A DNA stretch of 56,257 nucleotides, filler included, from Basidiobolus ranarum (lineage: Eukaryota), in assembly GCA_040143965.1 (NCBI GenBank). It is 5 parts of 5 records of this genome, joined end to end, with 100 filler letters (N's around TTAATTAATTAA, not from the genome) between each part and the next. Parts side by side here need not be neighbours in the genome. Positions count along the whole stretch, not along the records: positions 1 to 11,202 come from JASJQH010000630.1; positions 11,303 to 22,483 come from JASJQH010000631.1; 3 more parts are not named here. One strand, written 5' to 3'. The position numbers and the translations under genes were made by a program. Below, piece by piece: positions 1 through 11,985 of this stretch (positions are counted from its first letter, which is position 1; every line of letters begins with the position of its first letter). A model generated the notes under the pieces. The model was not told the DNA's origin and did no database searches. It saw nothing but the letters and a program-made list of their open reading frames with translations.

Positions 1-119
1 ACCCTTCAACCAGAATTGTGAACACTGAAGTGCCCAAACAATGCCAAAAGCTGTAATACTCTATGCCTAGCCAGGAGGTGTAATTGGAACAGAAATAGCT
101 CTGATTATTATTTAATTTA

Positions 120-1408
120 ATTAGATTGATTTTAGCAATTTCATCTAAATATCAGTTTATTATACTTCAAATGGATGTTAAAACTGCCTTTTTGAATGGT
201 GAGCTTGCTGAGGAGATCTATATGAACCAGCCAGATAGATTTTTGGACCCAGAAAACCCTGAAAAAGTTTGCAGACTCTGGAAAACAGTCTATGGCTTAA
301 AACAATCTCCATGAGCTTGGAATAGCAAGATAGATGCTTTTTTGGAAACACTCAAATTCCAAAAAGTAATACTGACTAAAGTGTCTACTTCAGGCCAGAT
401 AACACAAACCCAGTTTTATTAGCCTTATATGTAGATGATCTTATTATAGCAACCAATGACTTGAAGACTTTGGAGAAAACCAAATCCAGCTTATCTGCCA
501 AATTCAAAATGACTGATCTTGGTGAACTGACATACTATCTTGGAATCCAAATTAAGATAGATAGAACTACCAAAACAATAACTTTAAACCAGTCTAAGTA
601 TATCCTAGATATACAAAAGAAGTTTAACATGGAAGAATATAAACCAGTGTCTACCCCAATGGAGACAAATCTTAACTTGACCAAAAATGACTCAAATCAG
701 ACGTTTATGGACTCAAGTGAAGGCCAGAAATTTACTTATCAGTCTGTGGTTGATAGTTTGATGAATAGTATGGTTGGAACATGGCCAGATATGGCATATT
801 CTGTGGGAGTTTTGTGCCAATATCTTCAAAATTATGGATCCAAATCAATCATAGCAGTTAATCAGATTTTTAGATATTTTAAAGGTACAGTAGATTGGCG
901 CTTAAAATACTCATATTTTGGATCTAACTTTGATCTGATTGGATATTCAGATGCAAATTGAGGAACAGAAATTGAAGACTGGAGATCTACAACAGGATAT
1001 TTTTTTCTTTGCTGCAATGGAGTTATTTCCTGGAACTTGAAGAAGCAACCTACGGTAGCACTTTCAACAACAGAAGCAGAATATATGGCTGCATGTGAAG
1101 CAGTAAAAGAAGCAATATGACTAAGAAAACTAATTACAGATTTAGGTTATTTGCAATATTCACCAACTAATATATTTTAAGATAATCAAATTGCCATCAA
1201 ATTAGCTCGAAACCCTGTGTTTCATACTAGAAGCAAGCATAAAGATGTTAGTGATAACTTCATAAGAGAGACTATAGAGAGTAAGTACGTTTACTTGACT
1301 GATTGTTCTACATAAGACATGATGGCAGATTTATTAACTAAACCGTCTGACAGACAGAAATTTAAGAAATTTAGACCTTTGTCAGGATTAGCTTGTATGA
1401 CTATTTAG
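120..1408 (+). mobile_element. Ty1/copia pol remnant (reverse transcriptase + RNase H), pseudogenised
   Basis: Motifs [63 protein letters not shown] and DMMADLLTK, broken by stops and frameshifts; ends at TAG 1406-1408. Confidence 0.95.
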
Positions 1409-1419
1409 TTGCAGGAGAT

Positions 1420-1768
1420 TGCTGAAATTAGCATTGCTTAAACACCTATAGAGTCATATATAGCTTAGTACTTAGTTATCTTGTAGCTCAGTAAGAAATT
1501 ATCCATTATTCTCAATTTGAATACACTTGGAATATTTTTATCAGCTTAGAAGTTCTAAGACAAATAAACTTTATCAAACTTGTGCTAAAAGCCCCAAACT
1601 TTGCACACATGTAACTGGGACCTTCCTTAACTCATTCTACATGTTAGTTTGTCTACAACTTGACAAAACTACAAATGTCAACTTCATACTCAGTAAACCA
1701 ATAAGCAAAAGCCACCAATTGCTCTAATTCTCTAAACCACTTCCCACAGGCTCCCAAATACTTTAACA
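1420..1768 (+). repeat. 3' LTR of the copia element (349 bp)
   Basis: Follows the RNase H stop and a short purine-rich stretch (GCAGGAGA). Runs TGCTGAAATTAGC...ATACTTTAACA and aligns by eye with 55441-55773 (shared TCAAACTTGTGCTAAAAGCCCCAAA and CAGGCTCCCAAA). Confidence 0.85.
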
Positions 1769-2350
1769 TTTGCTGATATATTGTTCATCAGATCAGCATA
1801 TGGTAATACTGACAATTCCACATGGAGCACCATTTTATCACAGTTATGCCGCAAAACTCCCAGAACATAGAGACCAGGCATATTATCTCCAAGCATTGTG
1901 AAAGATGCAGCAGGGACTGTATGCAATACTGGCATAGATTCAGTCTATCTTCTTTGAACCTATAATAAAGTTTTTTCACAAAATCTTTGAACAGGTGCTG
2001 TATCTGCCTGGATCTTTCAATGTGAGTTGACACCATAAAAATATATTAACAATGTCCACCAACAACTCCCAGGGTACATGGACTTATGAGGCAGAACTCT
2101 TTTCAAGATTCTACTCCATTATATACAAATGCAATACTTCCAGTCTTTACACTTTATAGTGGGGCAGCATTGCTACCCACTGGCAGGTTGACTTATTTCC
2201 ACTCCAAGCTCATATAATTACTATTGCACAATTTCTTTTTATTATCCATATTTGACTTACCTATATTTTCTAGCAAATCATATTGCACCACTAGTAGTTA
2301 CCCCTATTATTTCAGATTTATCAGTATCAACCCACATTAGCCCTATTATT

Positions 2351-2495
2351 TTCTGGAAAATTCTACAATCTTCCGGAAAATTTCACAAGATTCTTGAAGG
2401 ATTTGATGATTAATTGAGTTTTGACCAAACAAAACTTAATTTAGCTGGAATATTCCATGACTTTCTGGATTATTCTACAACCTTCCAGAACATTC
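2351..2495. promoter_or_regulatory. Two phased nTTCnnGAAn (heat-shock-element-like) arrays, 2351-2400 and 2448-2495
   Basis: 2351-2400 reads TTCtgGAAaa TTCtacAAtc TTCcgGAAaa TTtcacAAga TTCttGAAgg; the second array keeps the same 5-bp phase over 10 units. Confidence 0.5.
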
Positions 2496-2529
2496 CATGG
2501 ATTACTAATCTTATGATTTAAAGTGATAT

Positions 2530-2755
2530 TGTAACCCCAGATCCCCACCAATAGAATTCTCTGGAACTTTCCAGAAATTCTCATTAGTAATCATTCCTAC
2601 CATCAGAAAAGTATAAATAGGAGCCATATCTTTTCAAATAAAAATCTCCCTGGCTTTCAACTAACCAATACTACTTGTGATCACCCTTTATTTTCATCAC
2701 TGCTTTCAAGACCTTTGAAGAGGAAGCTCAAGAGAGACTAGTAGAGGCAGTTACA
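2530..2755 (+). repeat. LTR-like segment (226 bp)
   Basis: TGTAAC...GTTACA termini, TATAAATA near 2612, AATAAA near 2637 and internal GAAnnTTCnnGAA; no clear TSD. Confidence 0.5.
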
Positions 2756-5700
2756 GGCTGCTGTGTCACCAGAAAGGACTGACAGGTAGGTGTTATATTT
2801 GTGATACTTTATATTTTTTTCCCTAGCTTTGTCTGCATAGGCAAGGAACATTTCATATTGTTGGATAAATCACTACTAGTGCATCCTTGTTCATGACCCT
2901 TTTGGCTGAGTTTATAGTTGTTTTTCATAGGATATACGCATTTTATCTGATCATTCTCAAATGACATTGATGTCAGTATATTCTTTTAACAGGAGCCAGC
3001 ATATTATTCAACAGAAAGCTGGACATTGCATTGTGGTTTATCAGTCTTGAGACATTTCTACAGGCTTGATTCTCTGTAACAAAGACCCAAGAGGCAAGAG
3101 ACAGACCCATATTACAGTACATCCCAGAGTTATTTAATGGTGGCTATTGCACCCTTTGAACACCACACAAAACCCTTAAGATATTGCAGTTATAGTTGCT
3201 GCTTACACCCTAAAACAACTACAATGTCTATAAATGCCTAGATGAGTGGATATTGGCAAGAGTCCTGTTAGAATAAAAGGTATCTTGATGTTTTCAAATA
3301 TTCTCCCAAGTGATTCAAACTTTGATACTATTTTGTATAGCTCATTGAGATTGAAGAAAGCACTGTACAGCTTAATATGTAGTATTTGATGTTGTTGCAT
3401 AGCAAGTGCCCAGTGCTTAATGGGAAGCATTCACTCCTGCTGATCCTCTTTAGCAACATAGTCTTTGGCTTATGGCTAATCCCAAGTTTGATATCAGACT
3501 GACTATTTAGTATACTGACATCAGTGAGCATATTGAAATCTAACTGGACTCTTTATAGGGAAATCATGGAGTTTAGTCTTGTACCTGGATAGTTGTAAAT
3601 GCATATTCCTGGTAGAGTAAACTCCTTTGATCTAACAAAATCTGTAGCAAAATGGCACATTGAGCCCACAAAAGCCTCCAGGTTTACTGATGGCTGGAAT
3701 GTCACCAATACATACAATAATATTAGCTTCAAAATAAAAAAAACTAAACCCCATTTGATAACCATTCCAATTCCACACTCAAAGAATCCAAACAGCTATC
3801 CAGAAGCACTGGTTATTTAAGTCCAGATATGATGGATTGTATCAAAATATTATGACTCTTATACCATTCAGAAGGAGGAAGATTTAGAAAAATTAAAGTT
3901 ATTGGCCAGCAAGCATTTCCAATGCTATATTTGCATAGCAAGACACCATCCAGCACAAATGCAAATACATCATCATATGTGTTCTTAAAGAAATGTTGAC
4001 TTTATAGATACTGGTAGTATTATTGATGAAGTATATGGGTAATATCATCAGCTTTACAGTGAGAACTGTGGTACCAGATGCAAAGTCTATATTTGTTTGA
4101 TTTCATCACAAGTTTAAGACAGGGAATCATTGGTAAACATGCCAAGTATGACTGATGTTTACCTATTCAGGGATTGCACATAGTAAATAATTTCATGTTT
4201 TTTAGAACACTCTTCAAAGTCAATCAACCATTTGGACTTCAAGGTAGTTCAATTACTGAGGTATTAAAGTCATATGGCTGACAAGTGCTTTCAAATTGTA
4301 CAAGGTTAGTGGCAAGCAATGGTTGCAAATTGACTGTGGTAAAAGTGTTAAAGAACCAGTAAACACCTGGTTGCTAAGATTATATTGAAATCTGCACTCC
4401 TCAATAATCAAAGCTGCTTCCTTTAATGTAAGTGTTATGAGTAGACTAACACTTGCCAATAACACAGAGTTCATAACAAAGCTATTATCTTCTTCTACAT
4501 CTTTTGGTATAATGCCAGCACTACTGCAATAACCAAGATCATCATCTAGAAGAAATGTCTTCAAAGTTTTCTAGACATACTGGCTTAACCAAACTTGCAT
4601 TCCTTCATACTTCATTCTGTTTATATAACATGGTAACTACATGGTTTCTCAACTTTCAGCATTGTTATCTAAACTATGAGATTGAGCACAGCCAATGGAC
4701 TCAGTGGGCAAAACTTGAGTCATTTTTGTACACTTATTTCTGTTGAAACTAACCAGGCTTGGTGCCACTAGTGGCTTTGTACCATAACTGTGCTTGTGAT
4801 TGGTTTTTATTGTGAAGGCTCCAGCTTTCAAAGCATAAGAATTTGCAACAACAATAGCATGGCATCTTTAAATGTTGGTGTTGTGTCTTGAGAAGGAAAA
4901 TGTAGAAGAAGAGCACCTACTACATAAGAGTGGTATTACAGGTATATCCCATTAATATCATCAGCTGATTTAAAACATAGTCACAGAAGAGTCAGTAGTG
5001 AATTTATGAGATATTTCTGGTAATGGATGGCAATCTTAGTTTCTTATATTTTCCTCTCTAGCAATAGTGTGAGTGAATAGATTACAATCCCCCAATTATG
5101 TAGGAAATGAAAAGTTTAGCAATGTTCAACAGAAATACCATCAAGACCTTCAACTTCCAAAGTGCCTACTTTGCCAACTTTTAAGCATGGCTTTATTGGC
5201 AATTTGACTAAAATCACCATCATTAGGGAATATGAGATAGAATACCATGATAATTTGTATACAATCAATAGTAAAAACTAAAGATTTTCTATACACCATA
5301 CATATTAATATCACTGTCGGAATCTAGCAGAGCAGAATATGAATTGGACCATTATGCCTACACAATAACCTAAATGTGTTTAGCCACATGATAGTAGAAA
5401 TCTGATACCAAGCCAGCAAAACTAATAACTCAGAATATGAGAGCTGCTGTCACTTGCTCTGCTGATGAGTGATTCAACAGTTGGAAGCTAAGCAGAATCA
5501 TGCCTAAGATAACCGTACTTGCACCATTTGTGGAAAAACTGAAGACTGGGTGTTATTCTCAAGGTTCTTGACTTTTTTTGTGTAGCCCATCATCAATTTT
5601 TGCAAGCAAATTGCAATAGGGCAAGTATAAGTCTTTTCATGAAATATCTCAAAAATACACACAATTATCAACTTAGAAAAGTAAGAAAAGCAGCTTAAGA

Positions 5701-5927
5701 TGAACTCAAGGAGCAGAAAGCTAGTAAACCCAAGAAAAAGCAAAGGATTCAGTGAGCCTAGGAACAACTGTGCTACTTACCACATTCTTCACACCATTAC
5801 AAAGATCTGTTTTCTAGAGTCAAATATAGCAACATATATACTAGCAAAAAGGCTTATTTTACTCTGCACCAGTACACCAGTTGGAAGAGTGCAAAGTTGG
5901 CAGTTTATCCAACATCTGGCACCTCTT

Positions 5928-6273
5928 TATTGAAATTAGGTAAATAGAAACTCATTATTTAGTAGTTAGCTCATTCATATTCTGATTAACACTAAATCTG
6001 GCCATTCAAAAATGTGTCTTTATTGTTGTAATTGACAAAAATGTCAATTATATCACTTTTATCAACTTTCACCATTTTCTTATTTCTTCTCCAAATCACC
6101 TCAAATTTTCACCCATGCTCAACAGGCATGTTTGTTATGTTCTAAGCATGTTCAATAGTCTTATCTCATAGTAAAATATTAATGGGACATATTCAATTCA
6201 ATAAAATTTAAGTATTTAATTCACAAATCCAAATCTTGTCCAAAACACTTCAAATCCCCTAAACACTTTATCA
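5928..6273 (+). repeat. 5' LTR of a second copia element, followed by a degenerate Ty5-type PBS (6274-6285)
   Basis: TATTGAAATTAGG...ACACTTTATCA has termini and length similar to the 1420-1768 LTR; it is followed by ccTTATGAGCCa (compare GGTTATGAGCCC) and then gag. Confidence 0.65.
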
Positions 6274-6304
6274 CCTTATGAGCCACAAGCTGGTTATTAA
6301 AGTA

Positions 6305-7275
6305 ATGTCTACCAGTACTATTGCCAACATTTTTGCATTAACAGAGAAGTCTGATGGCATAGATTTTCACCTTTGGAAGTTACGGATGAAAATGATGTTA
6401 GAAGACAGATACCTCTGGGGATTTGTTACAGGAGAAGAAACAGAGCCAAAGAGAATACCAGAAGCTATCCTTACCTTTAGCTAGAAGCAGACATAGTGCT
6501 CTTGACATTTTGTTTACATCTCAGAAACTCTCAATTAAGGCACATACACTCGGCCAAGAATATCCAAACTGCTTGGGTAACATTTGAGGGACTATGCAAG
6601 ACTCAAAGTGTTGCTAAAGGGCTATATCTTAGGCAAATATCTTTCTTAATTCAGGTAAATTCCAATGATTCTATGCACAAGCATGTCAATTGGATGAAAC
6701 TATGGCAGAGCAACTCTCAACCAATGTAACATCTCTAAATTAAGATGACCTAGTCATGACACTACTTGGGAGCTGGCCAGAAAAGTTTGGGAATATCATA
6801 AATGCCCTTGAATGCAGATCAGAGCTATTAACAATGGAACATGTTGGTGCTATGCTTTTAAATGAGAAATTAAGGAGATTTAATTATCAGCAAAAAAAAT
6901 GCAGATCAAGCATTCTTTGGAGCTGTAACATGCTCAACAGGCTTCAACAATGGTGCCCCTAATATGAAATGAATCATCTACATGTCTTGAAAGGAACCAG
7001 GCCCTTTAATCAAAGAGTACACAAAAAGAATTTTCGCCAAAATGCTATAATTGGAACAAGGAAATCAAGTAGCCCAGATAGGGATCATCCATTTGCATCT
7101 GCCTTATCTGTAACTGCTAGAGAAGACTCAGAAATGTGGTATGTTGATTCAGGAGCTTCCCAGTATATGTTAAAAAAGAAAGTGTGGGTTTCAGCCTTAA
7201 ACCCATTCATACAAGGCAAGTCTACTTGGGTGATGCCTACATGTTAGATACAATTGGTAAGGGCATAGTTGTGCT
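6305..7275 (+). mobile_element. Copia gag (UBN2-like) + aspartic protease remnant
   Basis: DFHLWKLRMKMMLEDRYLWGFVTG, TLLGSWPEKFGNIINALE and protease motif WYVDSGASQYM; frameshifted and cut off at 7275. Confidence 0.9.
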
Positions 7276-10200
7276 CACCCTAACAGAAATTTGAGGATTG
7301 TTATTGTAGGAAATTGTCACAATTTTAATCCATTTGGGATTGACCATTTACTTACCAATGTAAAATCAAAAAGTTAGATTTGATTTTAATCAATTTTTTC
7401 AGTTACAGGAGTGAAATTTCAAGATTATGCAAAATTATTGTGCATGTTTGGCTACAACCTCAGAGAAATATGGAACAACACATGTGTGAAAAATGTGACT
7501 CAAATTTTTCACAATTACCACTTGAATGCTAATTTGTCACCTTTGAAATCCCTAGTCTCTTTGATATATTCTCTGGAATATTTTACAGAGTTTTTCACAC
7601 CCAAGGTATAGCTCATATCCAACATGAGTTTGTACCAACATCCTCATCAAAGCCCACCATTGTATTTACATTGCTGAATCAACATTCATCCAGCTATCTG
7701 GTGGATACCCTGCAATATTGTGCCACTCTGAATTAAGTTCTTCCCAGATATCTGCATGGTCAACACCAGACTGAATGTCAAGTTGAATGTTCTTCTTCTG
7801 AAGCTACTTTCTGCTTACTTGCACTGTGTCTTTCCCTTCATACTTTTTAAAATACTCCTCACGACTTTGACTATTTTTGTATGTCCTTGTAGTGTGTCCC
7901 TACTGAGGGTGCTTTGCAGTGTTTGTGTGGCTTTTTGCTTGCCTTTAAGTTTGGGGCTAACTTCAACACTTTGAAAAGTACCAGTTGAGGTTATAGAGAT
8001 GTGAGTTTTTTTTGCTGGTACTTGTGCTTGCTGAGAGGTGCCAGGTGTTGGATAACCTTTAAAATTTAGCACTGTTCCAACTGGCATACCCAGTTCCATG
8101 ATGAGATTAAGCTTTTTTGCCAGTAGATCTGACTCCGGAAATGCAGATCTTTGTAATGGTGTGAAGAATTTGGTTAGTGGGACAGTAGAGCCAAAACTCA
8201 CAGGCTCCTTTGCACATTCCTTGGGTTTACAAACTTCCTGCTCCTTCAGTACTTCTTCAGCTGCTTTTCTTTCTTTTCCATGCTGATATATGCATACATT
8301 TTTGAGATGTTTCATGAATAGGCCTATACTAGCCCAATTGCCGTTTGCTAGCAAAAACCCAGGATAAGCCACATGAGATAAGTCATGAACCTTCAGAGTA
8401 ATGCCAAATTTTTGGTTTTTGCACAATCGGCTCAAATCCAGGTAATTTTGGGCAAGATTCCACACAGTTTCCAAAATGTTAATCCACTCATCATCAGAGC
8501 ATATGATGACAGCTCCAACATTCAGAGTCTTTTGGTTTGCTGGTTTCCTATGAGATTTCTACTGTAATATGCCCAAGCAATTTTGAGTTGTTGTATAGGC
8601 TTAATGGTCCAACACATATTCTGCTCTGCTAGATTGTCATGGTGACATTTATTTGTATGGTGTGGGATTGATTGAAATCCCTTATGGGAATGGATGGAGG
8701 GAGCAGCATGCTTTTGTAGCTCAGGTTCAGCATTCTGATGGTCTTGTATCATCATTGAGTGACTCTCTAACAATTGACTAGTTGCTTCCAAACACTGCAT
8801 TAGCTGCAATATTGTAGCATTATTGCTGGTCATGGCCTATATAGCAACTTCATAGTTTTTACTTATGATTGCATACATATCATTATGGTGTTCTGCCTGC
8901 AATTCCCTTGTTGTAATAAATCTATCCAAATTTTTAAGGAGGGTTGTGCAATAGTGTGCAAAGTAGCCATCTTGGAAGTTGATGGTCTTGATGGTGCTTT
9001 GGTTGGGCTTTGTCAACTATTGATTTACTATATAATTGGGGGATTACAATCTCTTCACTTGCACTATTGCTGGAAAGGAACTTATCTGGTAAATTGATGA
9101 ATGCTTCATCCTTACTTGAGTTAGATTCTTGCATGTAAATGCCTTCCAAGGTGGATAGTGGAGCACTAGACTGCTCATCAATTAAGTCCTCTGTTTTTGC
9201 TGGTTTCTTCCTTTTGTGCCAGCAGGCTTTGGCTTAGAAGCCAATTTTGACTTAGATTTCAAATGCTTTTTGAATGGCATTGAAATTTTCAGATGGTAAA
9301 CTTGGTGTAATGAAATTGCTTAGAAACAGCTTATGATAAATAAAAATTGCCATCTATTACTGGAAATGTCTTGTAAATCCCCTGCCGACTCATCTGTGAC
9401 CCCATCTCAGAATCAGCTGATGATATTAATGGGCTATACCTGAAATACAACCCATACATGGGAGGTTTTCTTTTTTCTACAATATTCTTCTCATGCTGCA
9501 ACACAAATGTTTAAAGAAGCCCTGCTATCATTTGTTGCAAATTCTTGTGCTATGAAAGTTGGAGGCTTCATAGAGAAAATAATCACAAGTATGGTAACTA
9601 TACAAAGCCACCAGCTGCACAAAGCCTGGTGTACAACAACAATAATAAGTACACTAAATTGACTCTAATTTTGCCCATTGGGTCCACTCACTGGAGTTTG
9701 CATCAAAGTTTTGGTAGCACTGCCAAAACTCAAGATACTGAGGAGTTACCACATTTATATGACCAGAATGATGTAGATCAAAATGCAACTTTGTTCAAAC
9801 AAGTAAGTACAGACAACTTTGAGGACTTGCAGCTATATGTTGGCTTGGTTATTCCAGTACCAATGGGAGTATATCAGAAGATAGAGAAAAAGACATTGGT
9901 TTTGTTATGGACTCCTTGTTATCAGCAAACATTAGTCCACACATAACACTTACTGTAAAGGAAGCAGCATTGATTAATCAGGAGTGGAGAGTTCAATCCA
10001 ATCTTAGCAACCAGGTGTTTATTAGTTTTCTTACACTTTACCACAGTTGATTGAGAACTGTTGCTTGCCACAGACCTGGTATAAGTGGAAAACAATTGTC
10101 AATTGTATGACTTATAATCCTTCAGTAATTAAACTGCCTTCATGTCCAAGTGGTTGTTTGGCTTTCACCGGTGATCTGAAAAACCTGAAGTCATGTACTG

Positions 10201-11202
10201 TTTCACACAATTGCCAAATACAAAATCAGGTAAATACCATTCATATTCAGCTTACATACCTTTGATTCCCCATCTTAAAGTTTTGATGAAATCACCCAAA
10301 TATAGATCATTGATCCAATACTAAGGTACTCATCATAAAGCTGATGTTATTACCAATATACTAGATGGATATTACTACCAGAATCTGAAAAGTCAAGGTA
10401 TCTTTGAGAACACATATGATCATGCATTTGCATTGGTTCTGGATGGTTTATCACTAAACAAATATATTGTTGGAGAGGCTTGCTGGCTAATAATTTTAAT
10501 CAACTTAAATCTTCCTCTTTCTGTATGGTATAGGAGTCATAATATTTTGATACCATCCATGTTATATGAACATAAATCACCAGTGCTTATGGATAGCTTC
10601 TTGGAGCCCTTAATTGTGGAATTTGAATGGTGATCTAATGGGGTTCAGATGGGTGAATATTTTATTAACTCTAGTATCATTGTATGTATTGGTGACACTC
10701 CTGCCATCAGTAAACTTGGAGGTTTCTGCAGGCACAATGCATTATCTTGCTGTACGTTTTGTCAGATCAATGGAGTTTACTCTAACAGTCATACACATTA
10801 CTACTATCCAAATACAACAGTAAACTTCATGATTTTACCTTCAAGAGCCCAGTCAGTTTTGAACAAGATCACTGATATCAATTCACCAAATAGTCAATCT
10901 AAAATCAAACTTGGTATTAGCCATAAGCCCAAGATTATATTGCTAAAAGGGATCAGCTGGAGCCAGAGCTTCTCATTGGGCACTATGCACTTACTAGTCA
11001 CCAACATTCCAATACTACTTACTCAGCTATATAGTGGAAAATTCAATATGAATGAGCCATTTGAGATAGGATCAAAGTTTGAATCAATTGGGAAAATGCT
11101 TGAAAACATCAAGATACCATCATATTTTACCAGGACTCCCATCAATATCCACTCATCTAGGCGTTTATTCAAATGCAAAGACTGGAAGTATTGGATTTGT
11201 AT
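7276..11202. mobile_element. Degenerate CACTA/En-Spm-like (Tnp2-family) element, copy B: second ORF on minus (~7600-9300), transposase on plus (~9490 to contig end)
   Basis: CIGDTPAISKLGGFCRHNALSCCTFCQING, SFSLGTMHLL and RTPINI..FKCKDWKYW are Tnp2-type motifs. Candidate terminus CACCCTAACAGAAAT begins exactly where copia homology stops. Confidence 0.8.
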
Positions 11203-11302
11203 NNNNNNNNNNNNNNNNNNNNNNNNNNNNNNNNNNNNNNNNNNNNTTAATTAATTAANNNNNNNNNNNNNNNNNNNNNNNNNNNNNNNNNNNNNNNNNN
11301 NN
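11203..11302. other. Artificial contig linker
   Basis: 44 N + TTAATTAATTAA (stops in all six frames) + 44 N. Confidence 0.99.
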
Positions 11303-11985
11303 GTGTCTTGATTGTCACTTTGTTTAGATTAGTATTTAAGCTAAATAAAGTCCACACCATATGGTGCTTTTCATTCCCGCTACCCTAAGATACACGGTGG
11401 CATCCTGAAGAACCAATGCTACCCATGATGCTCTCCATCCAAGCCACTGTGGCATTCCGTCTACCCTAATACAGTTAGTAAAGCGCTTTTGTAGCACCAT
11501 CACTCACATGTTGCTAGTTTAAGATTGGGTTAGGCAGGAAAAGAGAAGAATAGCATTTAAAGAGTTGGCAATACTTCAGACTACTTTATCTTGAATTTCA
11601 ATCCGACAACTTTAGCATGCCCCTCTCACTTTTCGAAAGCGAGTTGTACTTTATGAATGAAACACATTTCTCAGTAGGGCTTTTACCAAGTATTTTATCA
11701 CAACTAGTTTTCAACATGCTGTAACGGAACACTATCACAAACGACTAAAAATAATCTATGGACTGTAACTGAAGTATTCCGATTGCGAACTTGAGAAAAT
11801 ACTCCAGTTTTTGAAATATCTATATTTCCATAGTGGTACTGCCTGAGATATTCTTTCGACGATTTATAGATTGGTTTGATATTGATAACAATCCTAATGT
11901 GAAATGTAAGTAATGCTTTATTCGATGCTGTTTCTATTGAATTAGAAACTTTAATATGAGCGTATTGGTGGCTTGTCGGTTTGAA

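Larger units (their letters stand above)
2289..2881. mobile_element. Candidate non-autonomous CACTA element (MITE-like), nested
   Basis: Ends CACTAGTAGTTA ... TCACTACTAGTG form an 11/12 inverted match; 3-bp flanks CAC/CAT. The ACTAGT core is palindromic, so a chance match is possible. Confidence 0.5.
2159..3228. mobile_element. Non-coding 1,070-bp insertion that splits the copy A transposase
   Basis: Flanked by TATA at 2155-2158 and 3229-3232. Removing it restores colinearity with copy B (CATCTAGGC..TTTAT..AA.TG.AAAGACTGGAAGTATTG). Confidence 0.7.
1769..5927. mobile_element. Degenerate CACTA/En-Spm-like (Tnp2-family) element, copy A: transposase on minus (~1769-4900), second ORF on plus (~5040-5927)
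   Basis: Minus-strand fragments KLGISHKPK, FPLSTGHL, KFESLGRIFENIKIP, KCKDWKY, SLLHLSQCL and PYADLMNNI match ORF 10649-11202 and Tnp2-type motifs. Plus-strand ASISLFMKYLKN matches ASIGLFMKHLKN in ORF 7815-8474. Confidence 0.8.

Noticed and set aside
11303-11530. Possible LTR end and PBS (TGGTGCTTTTCATTCC)
   Set aside because: Too short, at a contig edge, and with no following gag homology that I can recognise.
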